DNA of 63,691 bases, filler included, from Octopus bimaculoides (GCF_001194135.2; 5 parts of 5 records of this genome joined end to end with filler, not necessarily neighbours in it); one strand, 5' to 3'; positions 11,771 through 25,400 are shown, numbered from the whole stretch's first letter. Translations and numbers: made by a program. Notes: generated from the sequence alone by a model not told the origin.

Positions 11771-12924
11771 GACACACACACACACACACACACACATACA
11801 CAACAGCTTGACAGAGCTGAAATCGTTCCATGGAAAGTAACTATTCTTTCTGTTCTGTAAAATGTTATAACTTTTAACCATTTTCTCACTCAGGTTCCTT
11901 TTATCATCACAGCAAACCCAAACCATAGTTATATATCAAGATCATCATTATCATCATCATCATTTAATGTTCCTCTTCCAAGCATGCATGGGCAGGACAT
12001 ACATACATGTACATACGCATACACAAACACAAAAACAAGGATACAACACACTTGCACGCACTCACATTTGTGTGAAGTCAATGTTTCCTTCTAAGTTACC
12101 TGGAATTTTATTTGAAACTTACTTGCTCAAGCTGGCGAAGAACAAATGCAGAAAACAGGTTGGTGAATGGAACGGTCACTGGTTCCTAGCTCTCATAGGT
12201 TAATAGAAATCTACTAATGAACTTCAGTGTAGTCTATTCTCATTAATGAAAGTCATGAATCAATAAGTAATATTTATTTTGCATGGCCTCTTTATTTTTT
12301 ACATGCTTCAGATGGCATCACTCTTGTTAAAACCAATGGCAGTTAACATGTTTATAACTGCAGTTTGTATTAAAGAAATTATTTTGTGTTTGAAATGGCT
12401 TAGAATTATCTCTCTTCTGCTCAGTTAATATAGTTCTTCAGCTAAGATATAAAAATTTCTCCTCTAAGCATAACATACACCTTTTGGCTCCATTGGTATA
12501 GATGTGCTGTGTCACATATGCTCTGGGTTTATGGAAGATTTTCAATTTCCTTGTCCTTCAGTTTCTAGATTCACTGTGAGAGAGAGGTGATATTAATTGT
12601 ATCTACAGAGATGAGTTGGTATGTGTGTTAGTTGAAGGTTCTCTTAAATATGTAACCTGAGGATCTAGGATAACATTTCTGGATACTGGCACCTGAGATT
12701 ACAATTCCTCAAAATATCACCACTTAAAAAGGCATGAAGAATTTAATGGACATGACATCGTATTTCTAAAATTACAAACTGGTAATTATGATGGAGGTTT
12801 GGAAAGTAATGATAGGGTAGTTATGTGTTCTTGGTTTGCAATGGATTATTGTATAGGATATTCAAGAAGGTTATGCATTTTTTTCAAATATTTCAAAAGT
12901 AAAGATTCTTACTTCGTGTTCTAT

Positions 12925-13630
12925 ACTGTGACAGTGTGGCTGTGTGGCTAAGAGGTTTACTTCTCAAGTACATGGTTTCAGGTTCAGCCCCGCTGTGTAG
13001 CATCCTTGTGAGTGGATTTGGTAGGCAGAAACTGAACTGATAAGGCAGCAAGCTGGCAGAAATGTTAACATGCTGGGCGAAATGCTTAGCGGTATTTCGT
13101 CTGCCGCTATGTTCTGAGTTCAAATTCCGCCAAGGTCGACTTTGCCTTTCATCCTTTCGGGGTCGATTAAGTAAGAACCAGTTACGCATTGGGGTCGATA
13201 CAATCGACTTAACCCAGTTGTCTGTCCTTGTTTGTCCCTTCTGTGTTTAGCCCCTTGTGGGTAGAAAAGAAACAAGAAACTGAACTGATAGAAGCTCATT
13301 GTATATATATGAGTGTGTGTGTGTGTGTGTGTGTACATATAGAAGTATATGGATATATGTGTATATTTAAGTATATATGTGTACATGTGTCTGTGTATGT
13401 TTGTGTCTCATTGCCTTGACATCGTGAGTTTGTTGTTGTAGTAAATGAATGCCATTCACATCCAATCTTCTATGAAGGTATATCTGGTTATGGAGAAATA
13501 TTAACTTCCTTTGAAACAGGTAAAAGGTTGGCAACAAGAAGGGCATCCTGCTGTAGAAAATATTCTGCTATAAACTCTCTCTGACTTACACAAGCATGGA
13601 GAAGTGAATGTTAAACTAATGATGAAGGTT
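12925..13630 (+). mobile_element. SINE family A (GAAGGGCATCC..ATGATG-type tail), host of a nested SINE B
   Basis: Head at 12925, microsatellite, tail with AAGAAGGGCATCCTGCTGTAGAAA. Confidence 0.75.
13043..13274 (+). mobile_element. SINE family B nested in SINE A, 16-bp TSD
   Basis: Head GGCAGCAAGCTGGCAGAA, B box GAGTTCAAATTCC; TSD AGAAACTGAACTGATA at 13027-13042 and 13275-13290. Confidence 0.92.
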
Positions 13631-14034
13631 ATCTGAACCGTGACCCTTAAACTGGGAACTACTATTCTTTGTCATAATTTGAATAGTTGGGCTCTTTTGA
13701 AACAACAGTCAAAGGTCTTCCAAATCACATTCTTTCAACAAAAATCAGAAAAGGGCCCATCATTATATTAGGTTATATATTATACTCACAAATAGGTGCT
13801 GGCATGGCTATGTGGAAGGAAGTTTGCTTCCCAACCACAAGGTTTTGGGTTCAGTCTCACAGCATTGCACCTTGAGCAAATGTCTTCTATAGTTCTGAGC
13901 TGATGAAAACCTTGTGAGCAGATTGAGTTGACAGAAAGGGAAAGAGGCCCAATTTATTAACATCTAAAGATTAGAGCAGAAAAATTATCAGAAAAGCCAT
14001 TTCCATTCATTTTCTCATATATATATATATATAT

Positions 14035-14280
14035 CATCATCATCATCATCATCATCATTTAACATCCGTTTTCCATGCTGCCATGGGTTGGATGGTTTGA
14101 CAGAGGACTAGTAAGACAGTAGGCTGCACCAGACTCCCATCTGATTTGGCAACGTTTCTACAGCTGGATGCCCTTCCTAATGCCAACCCCTCCGTGAGTG
14201 TAGTGGGTACTTTTTACGTGCCACCAGCATGGGAACCAGTCAGGCGGCACTGGCTTTGACCACATTCGTAAGGTGCTTTC
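14035..14280 (-). mobile_element. SINE family D (V-domain-like GGAAGGGCATCCAGCTGTAGAAA, (ATG)n tail)
   Basis: CTACAGCTGGATGCCCTTCCTAA core, (CAT)n at left. Confidence 0.8.
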
Positions 14281-14281
14281 T

Positions 14282-14341
<60 letters not shown>

Positions 14342-14733
14342 TGCAGGCATGGGTGTGTGGTAAAAAGCTGGCAGAAACGTTTGCGCGCTGGGCGAAATGC
14401 TTTACAGTATTTCGTCTGCTGTTATGTTCTGAGTTCAAATTCCGCTGAGGTCGACTTTGCCTTTCATCCTTTCGGGGGTTATAAATTAAGTACCAGTTAC
14501 ACACTGGAGTCGATGTAATCGACTTAATCCCTCTGTCTGCCCTTGTTTGCCCCCTCTATGTTTAGCCCCTTGTGGGCAATAAAGAAATAAGAAGCTTGCT
14601 TCCCAACTACATGGTTCTAGGTTCAGTCCCACTACATGGCACTTTGGGGAAGGCTCTTATACTATACCTCCAGCTGACCAAAGCCTTGTGAGTGGACTTG
14701 GTAGACAGAAACTGAAAGAAGCCCATCATACAC

Positions 14734-14804
<71 letters not shown>

Positions 14805-14834
14805 CACATATATGAATTCATGTGTCTGTGTATA

Positions 14835-14865
<31 letters not shown>

Positions 14866-15110
14866 TTGAGTCTCATTGTTTTGTGTGATAGATGTAAATC
14901 AGGGCGCTGTTATACAAAGTAGTGTCATTTATTTCCAATATTCTACAAAAACATGTCTGGTTGCAGAAGAAAATATTACCTTGTTGGGAAACAGGTGGGG
15001 GTTGATGACAGGAAGGGCATCCAGCTGTAGAAAGAATCTGCCTCAAATAAACCCCATCTGATCCATGCACATGTGGAAATTAGGGATGTAAGATAATTAT
15101 GATGAAGATG
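14342..15110 (+). mobile_element. SINE family A interrupted in its head by SINE B
   Basis: Head resumes at AAGAAGCTTGCTTCCCAAC after the insert; tail with GGAAGGGCATCCAGCTGTAG. Confidence 0.8.
14366..14587 (+). mobile_element. SINE family B nested in a SINE A head
   Basis: Slightly 5'-clipped B; imperfect 9-bp TSD TAAAAAGCT (14361-14369) / TAAGAAGCT (14588-14596). Confidence 0.88.
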
Positions 15111-15454
15111 ATGGTGGTGGTGTTGGTGTTGGTGGTGGTGGTGATGATGACAATGATGATGTTGTTGATGTAAATGAGAAAAATGGGATGGTCATGTCAG
15201 CAATGGTTGTGATCAATGGTCTGCTAAATACAGGTTGAACTAGAGTTAAATAACAACAGCTCAAGTTTAGTATAGCCTGATGGAGCAGCTGAGTATAAGC
15301 ACCCAATAACCTGAAGAATGGATCCAAACAATGCAATTAAACAACTCTCTCCTACCAGACAAACTAGCACTCATGCTCCCCCATCACAGAAGTTGGCTAG
15401 TGTCCGGCTAGTGTTTGGACTGTCTGAGCAGCAAATCAATGCCTAGGATCCCTA

Positions 15455-15670
15455 TATGGTGGGGTGATGAAAAGTTCTTGGTTTTAGGGAAAAGAAAATA
15501 CAGGGCAACCAGTTAATTATGATTTATTCAACATATTCTCCTCTTAGATCCACATACTTATTGCAGCAGTCCTTCAGTTTTTCTAAATCCTGCAAAAGAA
15601 CTCAGTAAGTTGGGCCTCGAACCAGGCCTTTCATGATATTGTTAAAGCCAGGAACTTTTCAGCAGCCTTA
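15455..15670 (-). mobile_element. Mariner-derived MITE (internal deletion)
   Basis: TIR arms GGGTGATGAAAAGTTCTTGGTTTTA (15462-15486) / TAAAGCCAGGAACTTTTCAGCAGCC (15643-15667); minus strand retains the transposase end LEKLKDCCNKYVDLRGEYVE*. Confidence 0.8.
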
Positions 15671-15699
15671 GCATTCATTATACACATAATTTTTCACGT

Positions 15700-16060
15700 C
15701 TGGCCGTATAGCCTTTTCCGATTGTTTTCCTGTCTTATTTTCTTTTCCGTTTGTTTTCCTGTCGTTTTCTGTCTGCCAATACATTCCTCTATGGTACAAA
15801 TTAAATTTGTGTATACAAATTTAATTTGTGGTCTGTGGGAAGAACCATTTTAACGATGCGTCCTGCGGTAACTCTTCGAAACGCCTGTGTTAGAATGGGG
15901 GTAGCTGATGAAGGAAAATGTTCTCTATGTGGCGTGTGTGTTTTCTGTACTCTGGTTATTATTATTTTTTTGTCTACGTTTTGTTTGCAATGTCCTGTAC
16001 TCAGATATGCACCTATATATACAGGTAGACGTAGGTATGCACATACTTGTATGTATATAT
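15700..16060. repeat. CpG-rich unclassified interspersed repeat next to a TA tract
   Basis: Layout resembles 48190-48520 (-); family not identified. Confidence 0.35.
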
Positions 16061-16088
16061 GCATATACTCATTTATTATTTGTTTTAT

Positions 16089-16188
16089 NNNNNNNNNNNN
16101 NNNNNNNNNNNNNNNNNNNNNNNNNNNNNNNNTTAATTAATTAANNNNNNNNNNNNNNNNNNNNNNNNNNNNNNNNNNNNNNNNNNNN
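16089..16188. other. Artificial scaffold linker (44 N + TTAATTAATTAA + 44 N)
   Basis: Exactly 100 bp, stops in all six frames; identical construct occurs four times. Confidence 0.95.
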
Positions 16189-16229
<41 letters not shown>

Positions 16230-17071
16230 TTAAACTATAAATTTACCTCACGTATTATATTTCATCTTTCATTTCACTATGTGTAGATAAATGTTTCTAG
16301 CTCAAATACATATACACACTTATATACATACACCTGTCCTTCACCAGAGCATGATAAACTTTATATTGCTATTGTATATTCCTGGCCCGTGGAATATTTA
16401 TTTTCTAAGATTTGAATTAGAGCCTCCAGCTGATTCGCTTTACAACATCAGTTATTAGAATTATTAGATGTGTCGGCTTTCTTTTTATGTCTCACAACTT
16501 TTCTGTGAAGTCTTTGTATTTAAAGAACTTCCGTATTTTCAAGTCCAACAACTTAACTATGCCGATGTCTATTATTTCTAGAATGTGTTTTTAAGCTGCT
16601 TTCTAAATATATTTGTTCGCAGATGTTGTTTAGATACCTGGAGATAGCCAACTGTTTGTCATATCTCCTCACATACCTTTTTTCTTATCTTTCATATCTC
16701 AACTGCATTGTAGCAATGGATTCTAGTGGCAAAACAATCGACATCATTATATCTATTGGCGTATACATGGCTATGTGTCTAAGAATTTCGTATCGCAATT
16801 GTATGGTGTGGGTTCAAGCCCTCTACGTGATATGCTCAACCATTGTCTTGTGTCAAGACATCGTGATGTTGCGCATCACATCTGTAGAACGTAACTGTAC
16901 GAAATTTACTCTCTGTGGTTCTTTCTGGTTTCTCTATTCACTCAGTTCCTACGCAACCAATTCTCTTGTATGTCTGCAGCACACCTAAATATCATTCACA
17001 TCCTGCAAAGAACTATATAACCCTATAAAAGTCCAAATAACGAAAATCTCTTTCTCTCTCTGTGTCTCTCT

Positions 17072-17122
<51 letters not shown>

Positions 17123-19829
17123 TATATATTATATTAATCAATGACTTAATGAAGTATCGACACGCTAGAAATAAGAGTTAAAACTCATTTGGACCACCCA
17201 AAAGTCATACTGAAAGCAACAGATACAACAGTATACGGGCGAGCGAACTGAAAAAGATCTCTCACATACCTGTATAGCACAAAGCTATATATTAAATGGA
17301 ACAGGTATATATGTGGACTGGTTTCTGGTTTGACATAAAGCTCTTGCTTTCCTCAGCACATCTTTCTCTTTCAGCTTTTGATTATATATATATAGGTCCA
17401 CGGTAAACAAACTATTTCCTGTTTAAATGCTTCGTTTTAAATCTCTAGCCCTCAACATATAAAATGCTTGCAGCCCTCCTCTCAATATCTCCAAGCCATT
17501 AAAGTTTATTCGAAAAATAGCAAGAAAAATTCCTCCACTTCCCGATATTGCTATGAACAGCTATCACTTATAAGATTTTCTGAAAGTTTTCTGTGATTAA
17601 TTATGTTGAATCTAACTTGCCAGCTATATTACCGAAACGTTCATTCCTTAAAACAGCGAGAAATAAATTCTGTCCTACAATTAATTTATCAAAAGCGCCT
17701 TCTGTCTATATGCAAATATATATCTATTTTGCTGTAATAAAATGCAAACGAATGAAATTCAAGTGCGTTGATATGGCAGCCAAGAATTGGCACTTGTCTA
17801 GATGTCTCTCTTGGAGAGCAACACGTTCGCGTTATTGATATAAGTGTATATAAAGTTTGCTATCAATGCAATCTATGACATTATACTTAATATCTTTGAC
17901 TGACAAACTTGTTTCCTCTTCTACGAAAAGACATATAACATCTCTATTCTAGTTCAGTATAATAATTAATGACAGATATTGAGATTTGCACTTACTACCA
18001 ACAAACAAGTTCTGTCGAAGAAAACGATAAAAATAATCAATTTATAGATTCTTATTCTGTGAAGTGATGCATATATTATCAAATGCCACAAAGAATGGCA
18101 TAAGTGATTGGGTCGGAAGTAACAGAAATGGTAAGGCGACATTACGTTCTGTTGAAAATCTCTCGGGTATTAAAGAAATCCGTTTCGTTCGCTAATGAAA
18201 CAACACTATGGACAGTTAAGAAAACTTTTATTATTAAACTTTTCTGTATCAACCAAAAAGACTAATTCTCTTTATTGATTTCACGAGAAAACCTCCAACT
18301 GAACAAATGAATGGACGCCTAAGCGTAATGCCGTTTAAATATCGAAACATTCTTGTACAGCAAAGCATCACGTGGTCCACAACAATAACTGTCTCGTGTT
18401 ATAACATGGAAAACAGAACCTTCACCATGGAGTCTATACTGTACGGGATGCTTTTCATTAACTGACACTGGTAGATGTTGTTGATGTTGTTGTTGTCGAT
18501 GGTGATTTCATTTGCTTTTAAACATTTTCCTGTCTAAAGCATTTTCATAAGTTTGTACTAAACATGCGCGCTTGTTGTCAGATTTTTAGTTCGTCCTTGT
18601 TTCATACTTGGCGTGTAACATACAGTTTCTCTTTCGTAAGTCATAAGTTAATCTAGCGACCGAAAAGAAATTGGGAATACATACCGTGTATGATGTGTAG
18701 GGAAATACGCCTTGTGCATCGCATGGGATACACAGGTCAGGCAAATGGTTAAGTTATTTCCGATTCAAGAAACTTATAGTCAACGACGTTCCATTCGTAA
18801 CCATCCTGTCTTTTATTCCTGCTATCGGTGTAAGTAGGACACTATTTAATCTGTGAATATACGGGTGTTCGCAACTACATCTCCAAAATAAAGACGCACG
18901 GATATCGTTCTACGCTATGTACGTTCCTGACACACGCATGAGATATATAACTCATGATAAAACTTTATAGAGCTGTCTGTTTACAGATACTCCACAGGGT
19001 TAAAGGTCTACCTTATGCAATTCATACAGCTTCATCGAAGCCCATGAATAAAGAATATAAAGCCACCTCATATTCAACGGTCCATAACACTAAACGTTTC
19101 AACAACTTTGCTGACTTTGACAAATAAATATCCTTGATATAAAATCACTCAAAATAACACGAAGTTAGACTTGGTAGAAGAATATATATTTAATGTTGAT
19201 GGAAAATAATTTTCATCTAGAATTGTTTTAGTACAAATCTATACATTTATCCTTATACAAAAGCCATTAACTCACTTACTTTATGGTATGTTGTATAATT
19301 TTTATTGCAAACTTATTGTACCCTGTTGATTCGGTGCTTGACAAGCAGTCGACGCTAAGTTTGTGTTATTTTTTTTCTTCCTTCTGTATATTCGCGGTTG
19401 CATATTTAATGTCTGTAACCAATAAAATTTATGAATAAAATAACCAAATTCACCGAACCATGAAGAAGTACTGACCCGTAGGGAGAATTCGACGATAAAA
19501 TTGAAGGTACCATTCTGAATTTGTTCTATACTTTGTTACGTTAACACACACCTTTCTCATTTTAATGTGTCCATTAATAGGACTAGTCTTATAGTTCTCC
19601 TAGTTCAAAGCAGTGCTACACACATCAATGGATAAATTTGATCACAATAAAGACTTTATGATGGTGGTGTTCAGGTTTCGACTCAACTGTCGAGCATCAT
19701 TTTCCTTAGAGCCGCGCCGACCAAATATTGTGTAAAATACGGTTGGTAAAAACTGTGAAGAATCTCGCGGGTTGGATTGCACCTGTAATTTAAAAGTTAC
19801 AACCTTTGCAAAGTTCCATAATTATATCT

Positions 19830-19985
19830 ATCTTTTAGTTTCCGTCTACCAAATCCACTCACAAGGCTTTGGTCGGCCCAAGGATATAGTAGATGACACC
19901 TGCCCAAGGTGCTACGCAGTGGGACTGAACCCGGAACCATGTGGTTGGTGAGCAAGCTACTTACCACACAGCCACGCCTACGCCT
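19830..19985 (-). mobile_element. SINE family A head
   Basis: CpG-retaining head: GGCGTAGGCGTGGCTGTGTGGTAAG..CCGGGTTCAGTCCC. Confidence 0.85.
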
Positions 19986-20409
19986 ATATATNNNNNNNNN
20001 NNNNNNNNNNNNNNNNNNNNNNNNNNNNNNNNNNNNNNNNNNNNNNNNNNNNNNNNNNNNNNNNNNNNNNNNNNNNNNNNNNNNNNNNNNNNNNNNNNNN
20101 NNNNNNNNNNNNNNNNNNNNNNNNNNNNNNNNNNNNNNNNNNNNNNNNNNNNNNNNNNNNNNNNNNNNNNNNNNNNNNNNNNNNNNNNNNNNNNNNNNNN
20201 NNNNNNNNNNNNNNNNNNNNNNNNNNNNNNNNNNNNNNNNNNNNNNNNNNNNNNNNNNNNNNNNNNNNNNNNNNNNNNNNNNNNNNNNNNNNNNNNNNNN
20301 NNNNNNNNNNNNNNNNNNNNNNNNNNNNNNNNNNNNNNNNNNNNNNNNNNNNNNNNNNNNNNNNNNNNNNNNNNNNNNNNNNNNNNNTATATATATATAT
20401 ATATATATA

Positions 20410-20660
20410 TCACAAATGATAGAGACGGAAAATAGAATGTACGAGAAAATTTCTGGCTCACAATGATCGTTTCGACCCATCCTGCATCGATCTGTCGCAG
20501 GTGGGTTACTGTACAACTGGTTGTAGTGCATCCCTCGACGCAGAAGTGTCTCAACAGGCTATGTTACGAGGGGCATGTCGTTAAATAAACTCTTTTTTGC
20601 TCAGTTTAATACAGCTTGTTGTTAGTGACCATAGGTTTAAGCTGTTCAGCAAGACCTTCG
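20410..20660. mobile_element. Half copy of the palindromic MITE seen at 32485-33380
   Basis: Arm CACAATGATCGTTTCGACCCATCCTGCATCGATC shared; central spacer in the opposite orientation. Confidence 0.75.
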
Positions 20661-21614
20661 TATATTCCATTTTCCATCACTATCATTTGCTATATGCCCA
20701 ACGGACAGTGAAGAATTTCTGAGTGAGAACCAGCGACAATTGAGTAAATATCGTGGATGAAATCAGGAATCCATTGGCAGTAAACGTTCTTCGTTGGTTA
20801 ACTACTGGGTGCACATCTAATACTTAAATATTTACTTATACGTACAGAGAGGGACATAATTCTTCCATGTGATCGGCTTGAAAAAATTGAGATATATAGA
20901 TATATTCTAACAGGAAACTAATGGTAGCCTTAATACAATACACAAATAAAGAAACTTTATCCACCAATGCAGTATTGAGCTCTTATTTTCAGTGTTCGAC
21001 ATTTACGTATATANNNNNNNNNNNNNNNNNNNNNNNNNNNNNNNNNNNNNNNNNNNNNNNNNNNNNNNNNNNNNNNNNNNNNNNNNNNNNNNNNNNNNNN
21101 NNNNNNNNNNNNNNNNNNNNNNNNNNNNNNNNNNNNNNNNNNNNNNNNNNNNNNNNNNNNNNNNNNNNNNNNNNNNNNNNNNNNNNNNNNNNNNNNNNNN
21201 NNNNNNNNNNNNNNNNNNNNNNNNNNNNNNNNNNNNNNNNNNNNNNNNNNNNNNNNNNNNNNNNNNNNNNNNNNNNNNNNNNNNNNNNNNNNNNNNNNNN
21301 NNNNNNNNNNNNNNNNNNNNNNNNNNNNNNNNNNNNNNNNNNNNNNNNNNNNNNNNNNNNNNNNNNNNNNNNNNNNNNNNNNNNNNNNNNNNNNNNNNNN
21401 NNNNNNNNNNNNNNNNNNNNNNNNNNNNNNNNNNNNNNNNNNNNNNNNNNNNNNNNNNNNNNNNNNNNNNNNNNNNNNNNNNNNNNNNNNNNNNNNNNNN
21501 NNNNNNNNNNNNNNNNNNNNNNNNNNNNNNNNNNNNNNNNNNNNNNNNNNNNNNNNNNNNNNNNNNNNNNNNNNNNNNNNNATATATATATATATATAGA
21601 TAGATAGATAAATA

Positions 21615-21652
<38 letters not shown>

Positions 21653-21873
21653 TGCAAATATGCATACACACATGCACATAAGCACCGACACATACACACA
21701 CGCATACAACACACAGACACGCACATATACACACGTAATTATAGCCCCTTGCTGCAGACTTGCCCATCCCGATACACAGAAAACCATATATTGCCAGCAC
21801 AATTACAAACTCAATCGCCCTCCACTCTTTGTTAGGAATCCTATTGCGAATATTCACTCGTGTGTTTTCATAG

Positions 21874-22168
21874 AAAATATTACAGCGAAACATTTTACAG
21901 CATGTAGGAGGCCTATAAAAACATCACTAATGACTTCTGCAGATAAGCAATATCATTTTGCCTCTATTGACATCAGCAGCACCAACGCCAACACCATGCT
22001 AGTTGCCGTAGCTACGTTGCTTAGCATCAGCATCATCACCAACAACGGTTTTGTTAGTCTTATAATTATTCTCATCACCGAGATCGCTAGAATCCTTATC
22101 GTACGCTCCGTGGGGTACCCCGGTAATCCACCCGGCCTGCATATTCGCCGGCGCTTCTCGGAAGGAAA
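21874..22168 (+). CDS. Weak candidate exon, product unknown
   Basis: TTTTCATAG acceptor, open frame of about 98 codons ending ..GYPGNPPGLHIRRRFSEGK, donor AA|GTATGC; no recognisable domain. Confidence 0.2.
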
Positions 22169-22314
22169 GTATGCAAGCGTGTATATGCGTATGTATGTAT
22201 GTATGTATGTATGTATGTATGTATGTATGTATGTATGTATGTATGTACGTACGTATGTTTGTATGTATGTAGGCATGTATGTATAAAAACATATGGATGC
22301 GTGTACCATCTCTG

Positions 22315-22348
<34 letters not shown>

Positions 22349-22779
22349 NNNNNNNNNNNNNNNNNNNNNNNNNNNNNNNNNNNNNNNNNNNNNNNNNNNN
22401 NNNNNNNNNNNNNNNNNNNNNNNNNNNNNNNNNNNNNNNNNNNNNNNNNNNNNNNNNNNNNNNNNNNNNNNNNNNNNNNNNNNNNNNNNNNNNNNNNNNN
22501 NNNNNNNNNNNNNNNNNNNNNNNNNNNNNNNNNNNNNNNNNNNNNNNNNNNNNNNNNNNNNNNNNNNNNNNNNNNNNNNNNNNNNNNNNNNNNNNNNNNN
22601 NNNNNNNNNNNNNNNNNNNNNNNNNNNNNNNNNNNNNNNNNNNNNNNNNNNNNNNNNNNNNNNNNNNNNNNNNNNNNNNNNNNNNNNNNNNNNNNNTATA
22701 TATATATATATATATCCACAATCTATATGTGTCCGATCACTAAGTATCCGGACTATTGCCATAGTAATGAAACTAAATC

Positions 22780-23494
22780 CCGCAGGATGAAGCCGCTTGG
22801 CTAAGATTAGCCCTGATCTCTGCTGTGCATGCGCACCAAGTTTTAACGTTCTAACTTACTTTCGATGTTTACAGCAGTACTTTGAAGAAAAGTGTGCAGC
22901 GTGTGATCGTCGTGATGGTACCTGCTCAGACGCATGCCTAAAGTTGCAGAAAGTGTATGGAGAGGAGTATACGAGCAGCATACAGGTGTATGAGTCGTAC
23001 AGACATTTCCAAGATGTCCCCAAAAATGTCGATATTAACGAAGATTCTGGGAGAACCGCAATCAGCAGAACTAAGAAAAACATCACAGATGTGTGTGCAG
23101 GAGTGAAGGGAAATCATCTAATCACCGTCCGTGAGTTATCAGAGGATGTGCAGACTAGTTACGCTTCAGTTCAGTCCATTATCACTAAAGATTTGAGTAT
23201 AAAACGCGTGTCTGCCAAATTTGTGCCAATAACTGCTTTCAGTTGCACAAGAGCCCCTTGATTGTGTGCAGAATGTTGAAAACCTCTGAGCAAGCATCGC
23301 CAAGTGTTTGGCAAAATTTGATGCAGATTCTTTGCTCAGCATTCTCTGTCATTTTCTATACGACAATCACACGCTACACACCTTCATCCCAAACACTGCT
23401 GTAAACAGCGGAAGTGAACTACGATGTTGAAACTTAGTGCGGATGCACGGCAAAGTTCAAGGTCGAGCTTCCCCAAGTGGTTTTACTCAGCGTA
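22780..23494. mobile_element. Foldback mariner derivative with two inverted 5' ends
   Basis: Plus strand encodes an HTH fragment ..KVYGEE..ITVRELSEDV..KRVSAKFVP; right end is an inverted 5' end encoding MTENAEQRICIKFCQTLG; arms about 22790-22910 and 23370-23490 are imperfect inverted repeats. Confidence 0.8.
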
Positions 23495-23548
23495 CTTTAG
23501 CTTCGTTACTATGGCAACTTCTTGATCTTATTGATCAGACCACGTGTG

Positions 23549-23594
<46 letters not shown>

Positions 23595-23677
23595 NNNNNN
23601 NNNNTATATAAATACATGTATATATATATATACATATACATACATATATACATATATATACACATATATATACATAC

Positions 23678-23715
<38 letters not shown>

Positions 23716-23955
23716 TTGCAGTCGTTAATGATGTTATTAGAGACCGCCTATTACCTGTGATACTTTTGGCTGTAATATTTACAATGAAAACACAGCCGTC
23801 ACAATCGTACCGTGTTTCGAGGAGGAGGCGGAGGAAGAGGAGGGCGTGAGATGAGAGTTGCTTAACAATTGGGTGAGTCTATATCGTTCTGGGCATAGAG
23901 ACAAAGAATGCATTCCTCTCTCTCTGTCACTAGATGACTGCCTGTCTCGGTGTAC

Positions 23956-23994
<39 letters not shown>

Positions 23995-24301
23995 CATATA
24001 TATGGTTGTGTATATATATATACATTTCTACATACACATATAATACAAATGCATACATATATATATTTATATAAATAGATAGATATGCACATATGTGTGT
24101 CTATGTGTCTGTGTGTGTTCATGTGTGTGTGCATGTGTGTACATATGTAGATATGTGATTGCACATCTTGCTCTGTGTGTATAGTTATATCTATATATAT
24201 ATATATCTCACTCCTTCTCTCTTTTATCTATATATTTATCTGTCTGTCTGTCTGTCTGTCTCTCTTTCTCTCTCTCTCTCTATATATATATATACATTTT
24301 A

Positions 24302-24393
<92 letters not shown>

Positions 24394-24833
24394 TTATCTA
24401 TCTATCTAATCTATCTATCTGTCTGTCGGTCTGTCTATCTGTGTTTTTATGTATGTATGTATGTATGTATGTATGTATATATGTATGTATCTATAGATCC
24501 ATCTGCTCAATCCCTCCCATCTCTTACTCACACTCTCTCCCCCTCTCTCTCTTTCTCCAACATACACATACATAATATATCTCCATCATTAAATAGATAT
24601 AAGTGCATAATTACGCGCGTTCCCTTTGTATGTGCACGTGAAAGCGGTATCTTTGCTCCTATGCGTTATCAGAAATAAACATACATCTATGCATGTTTAC
24701 ATACACCCACATGAAATCACACACAGACCCATATGAATGTATCTCTCTATAAATGTATATATGTAATTGTATGTGTATGCCTGTGTGTGTGTGTGCGCGT
24801 CTGTGTGCGTGTAAATATGAATATATATATATA

Positions 24834-24933
24834 NNNNNNNNNNNNNNNNNNNNNNNNNNNNNNNNNNNNNNNNNNNNTTAATTAATTAANNNNNNNNNNN
24901 NNNNNNNNNNNNNNNNNNNNNNNNNNNNNNNNN
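24834..24933. other. Artificial scaffold linker
   Basis: 44 N + TTAATTAATTAA + 44 N. Confidence 0.95.
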
Positions 24934-24982
<49 letters not shown>

Positions 24983-25009
24983 GTGTGTGTGTGTGTGTGT
25001 GTATACATA

Positions 25010-25390
25010 CAGGCATGGCTGTGTGGTAAGGAGCTTGCTTCCCAACCACATGGTTCCAGATTCAATCCCACTGTATGGCATCTTGGGCAAGTGTCTTCTA
25101 CTATAGCCCTGGGCTGAGTAAAGCCTTGTGAGTGTATTTGGCAGATGGATACTGAAAGCCTGTCGTATATACATGTTTATATTTATGTGTGTGTGTACCC
25201 CCATCACCACTTGACAACTGGTGTTGGTGTGTTTATGTTTCCATAACTTAGTGGTTCAGCAAAAGAGATCGATAGAATAAGTACTAGGCGTTAAAAAAAG
25301 ATAAGTGCTGGGCTTGATTTGTTTGACTAAAACCCTTCAAGGTGATGCTCCAGCATGACCACAGTCGAATGAATAAAACAAGTCAAAGAA
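25010..25390 (+). mobile_element. SINE family A, full length
   Basis: Head, CORE-like block, microsatellite and tail; mostly CpG-decayed. Confidence 0.85.
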
Positions 25391-25400
25391 TATATATATA

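Noticed and set aside
15825-15925. CTGTGG-GAAGA..TCTTC-GAAACGC and a downstream CTGATGA
   Set aside because: Core too short or in the wrong order, and stem I does not pair; not called as a hammerhead
16623-16988. 121-aa hydrophobic ORF after a CAG acceptor
   Set aside because: Second half is a decayed SINE A head; first half has no recognisable domain
17996-18011. 16-nt minus-strand microexon with good splice signals
   Set aside because: Not frame-preserving; such signals arise often by chance in AT-rich DNA
19797-22804. Long ORFs of 150-300 aa
   Set aside because: Mostly X from N gaps joined to microsatellites
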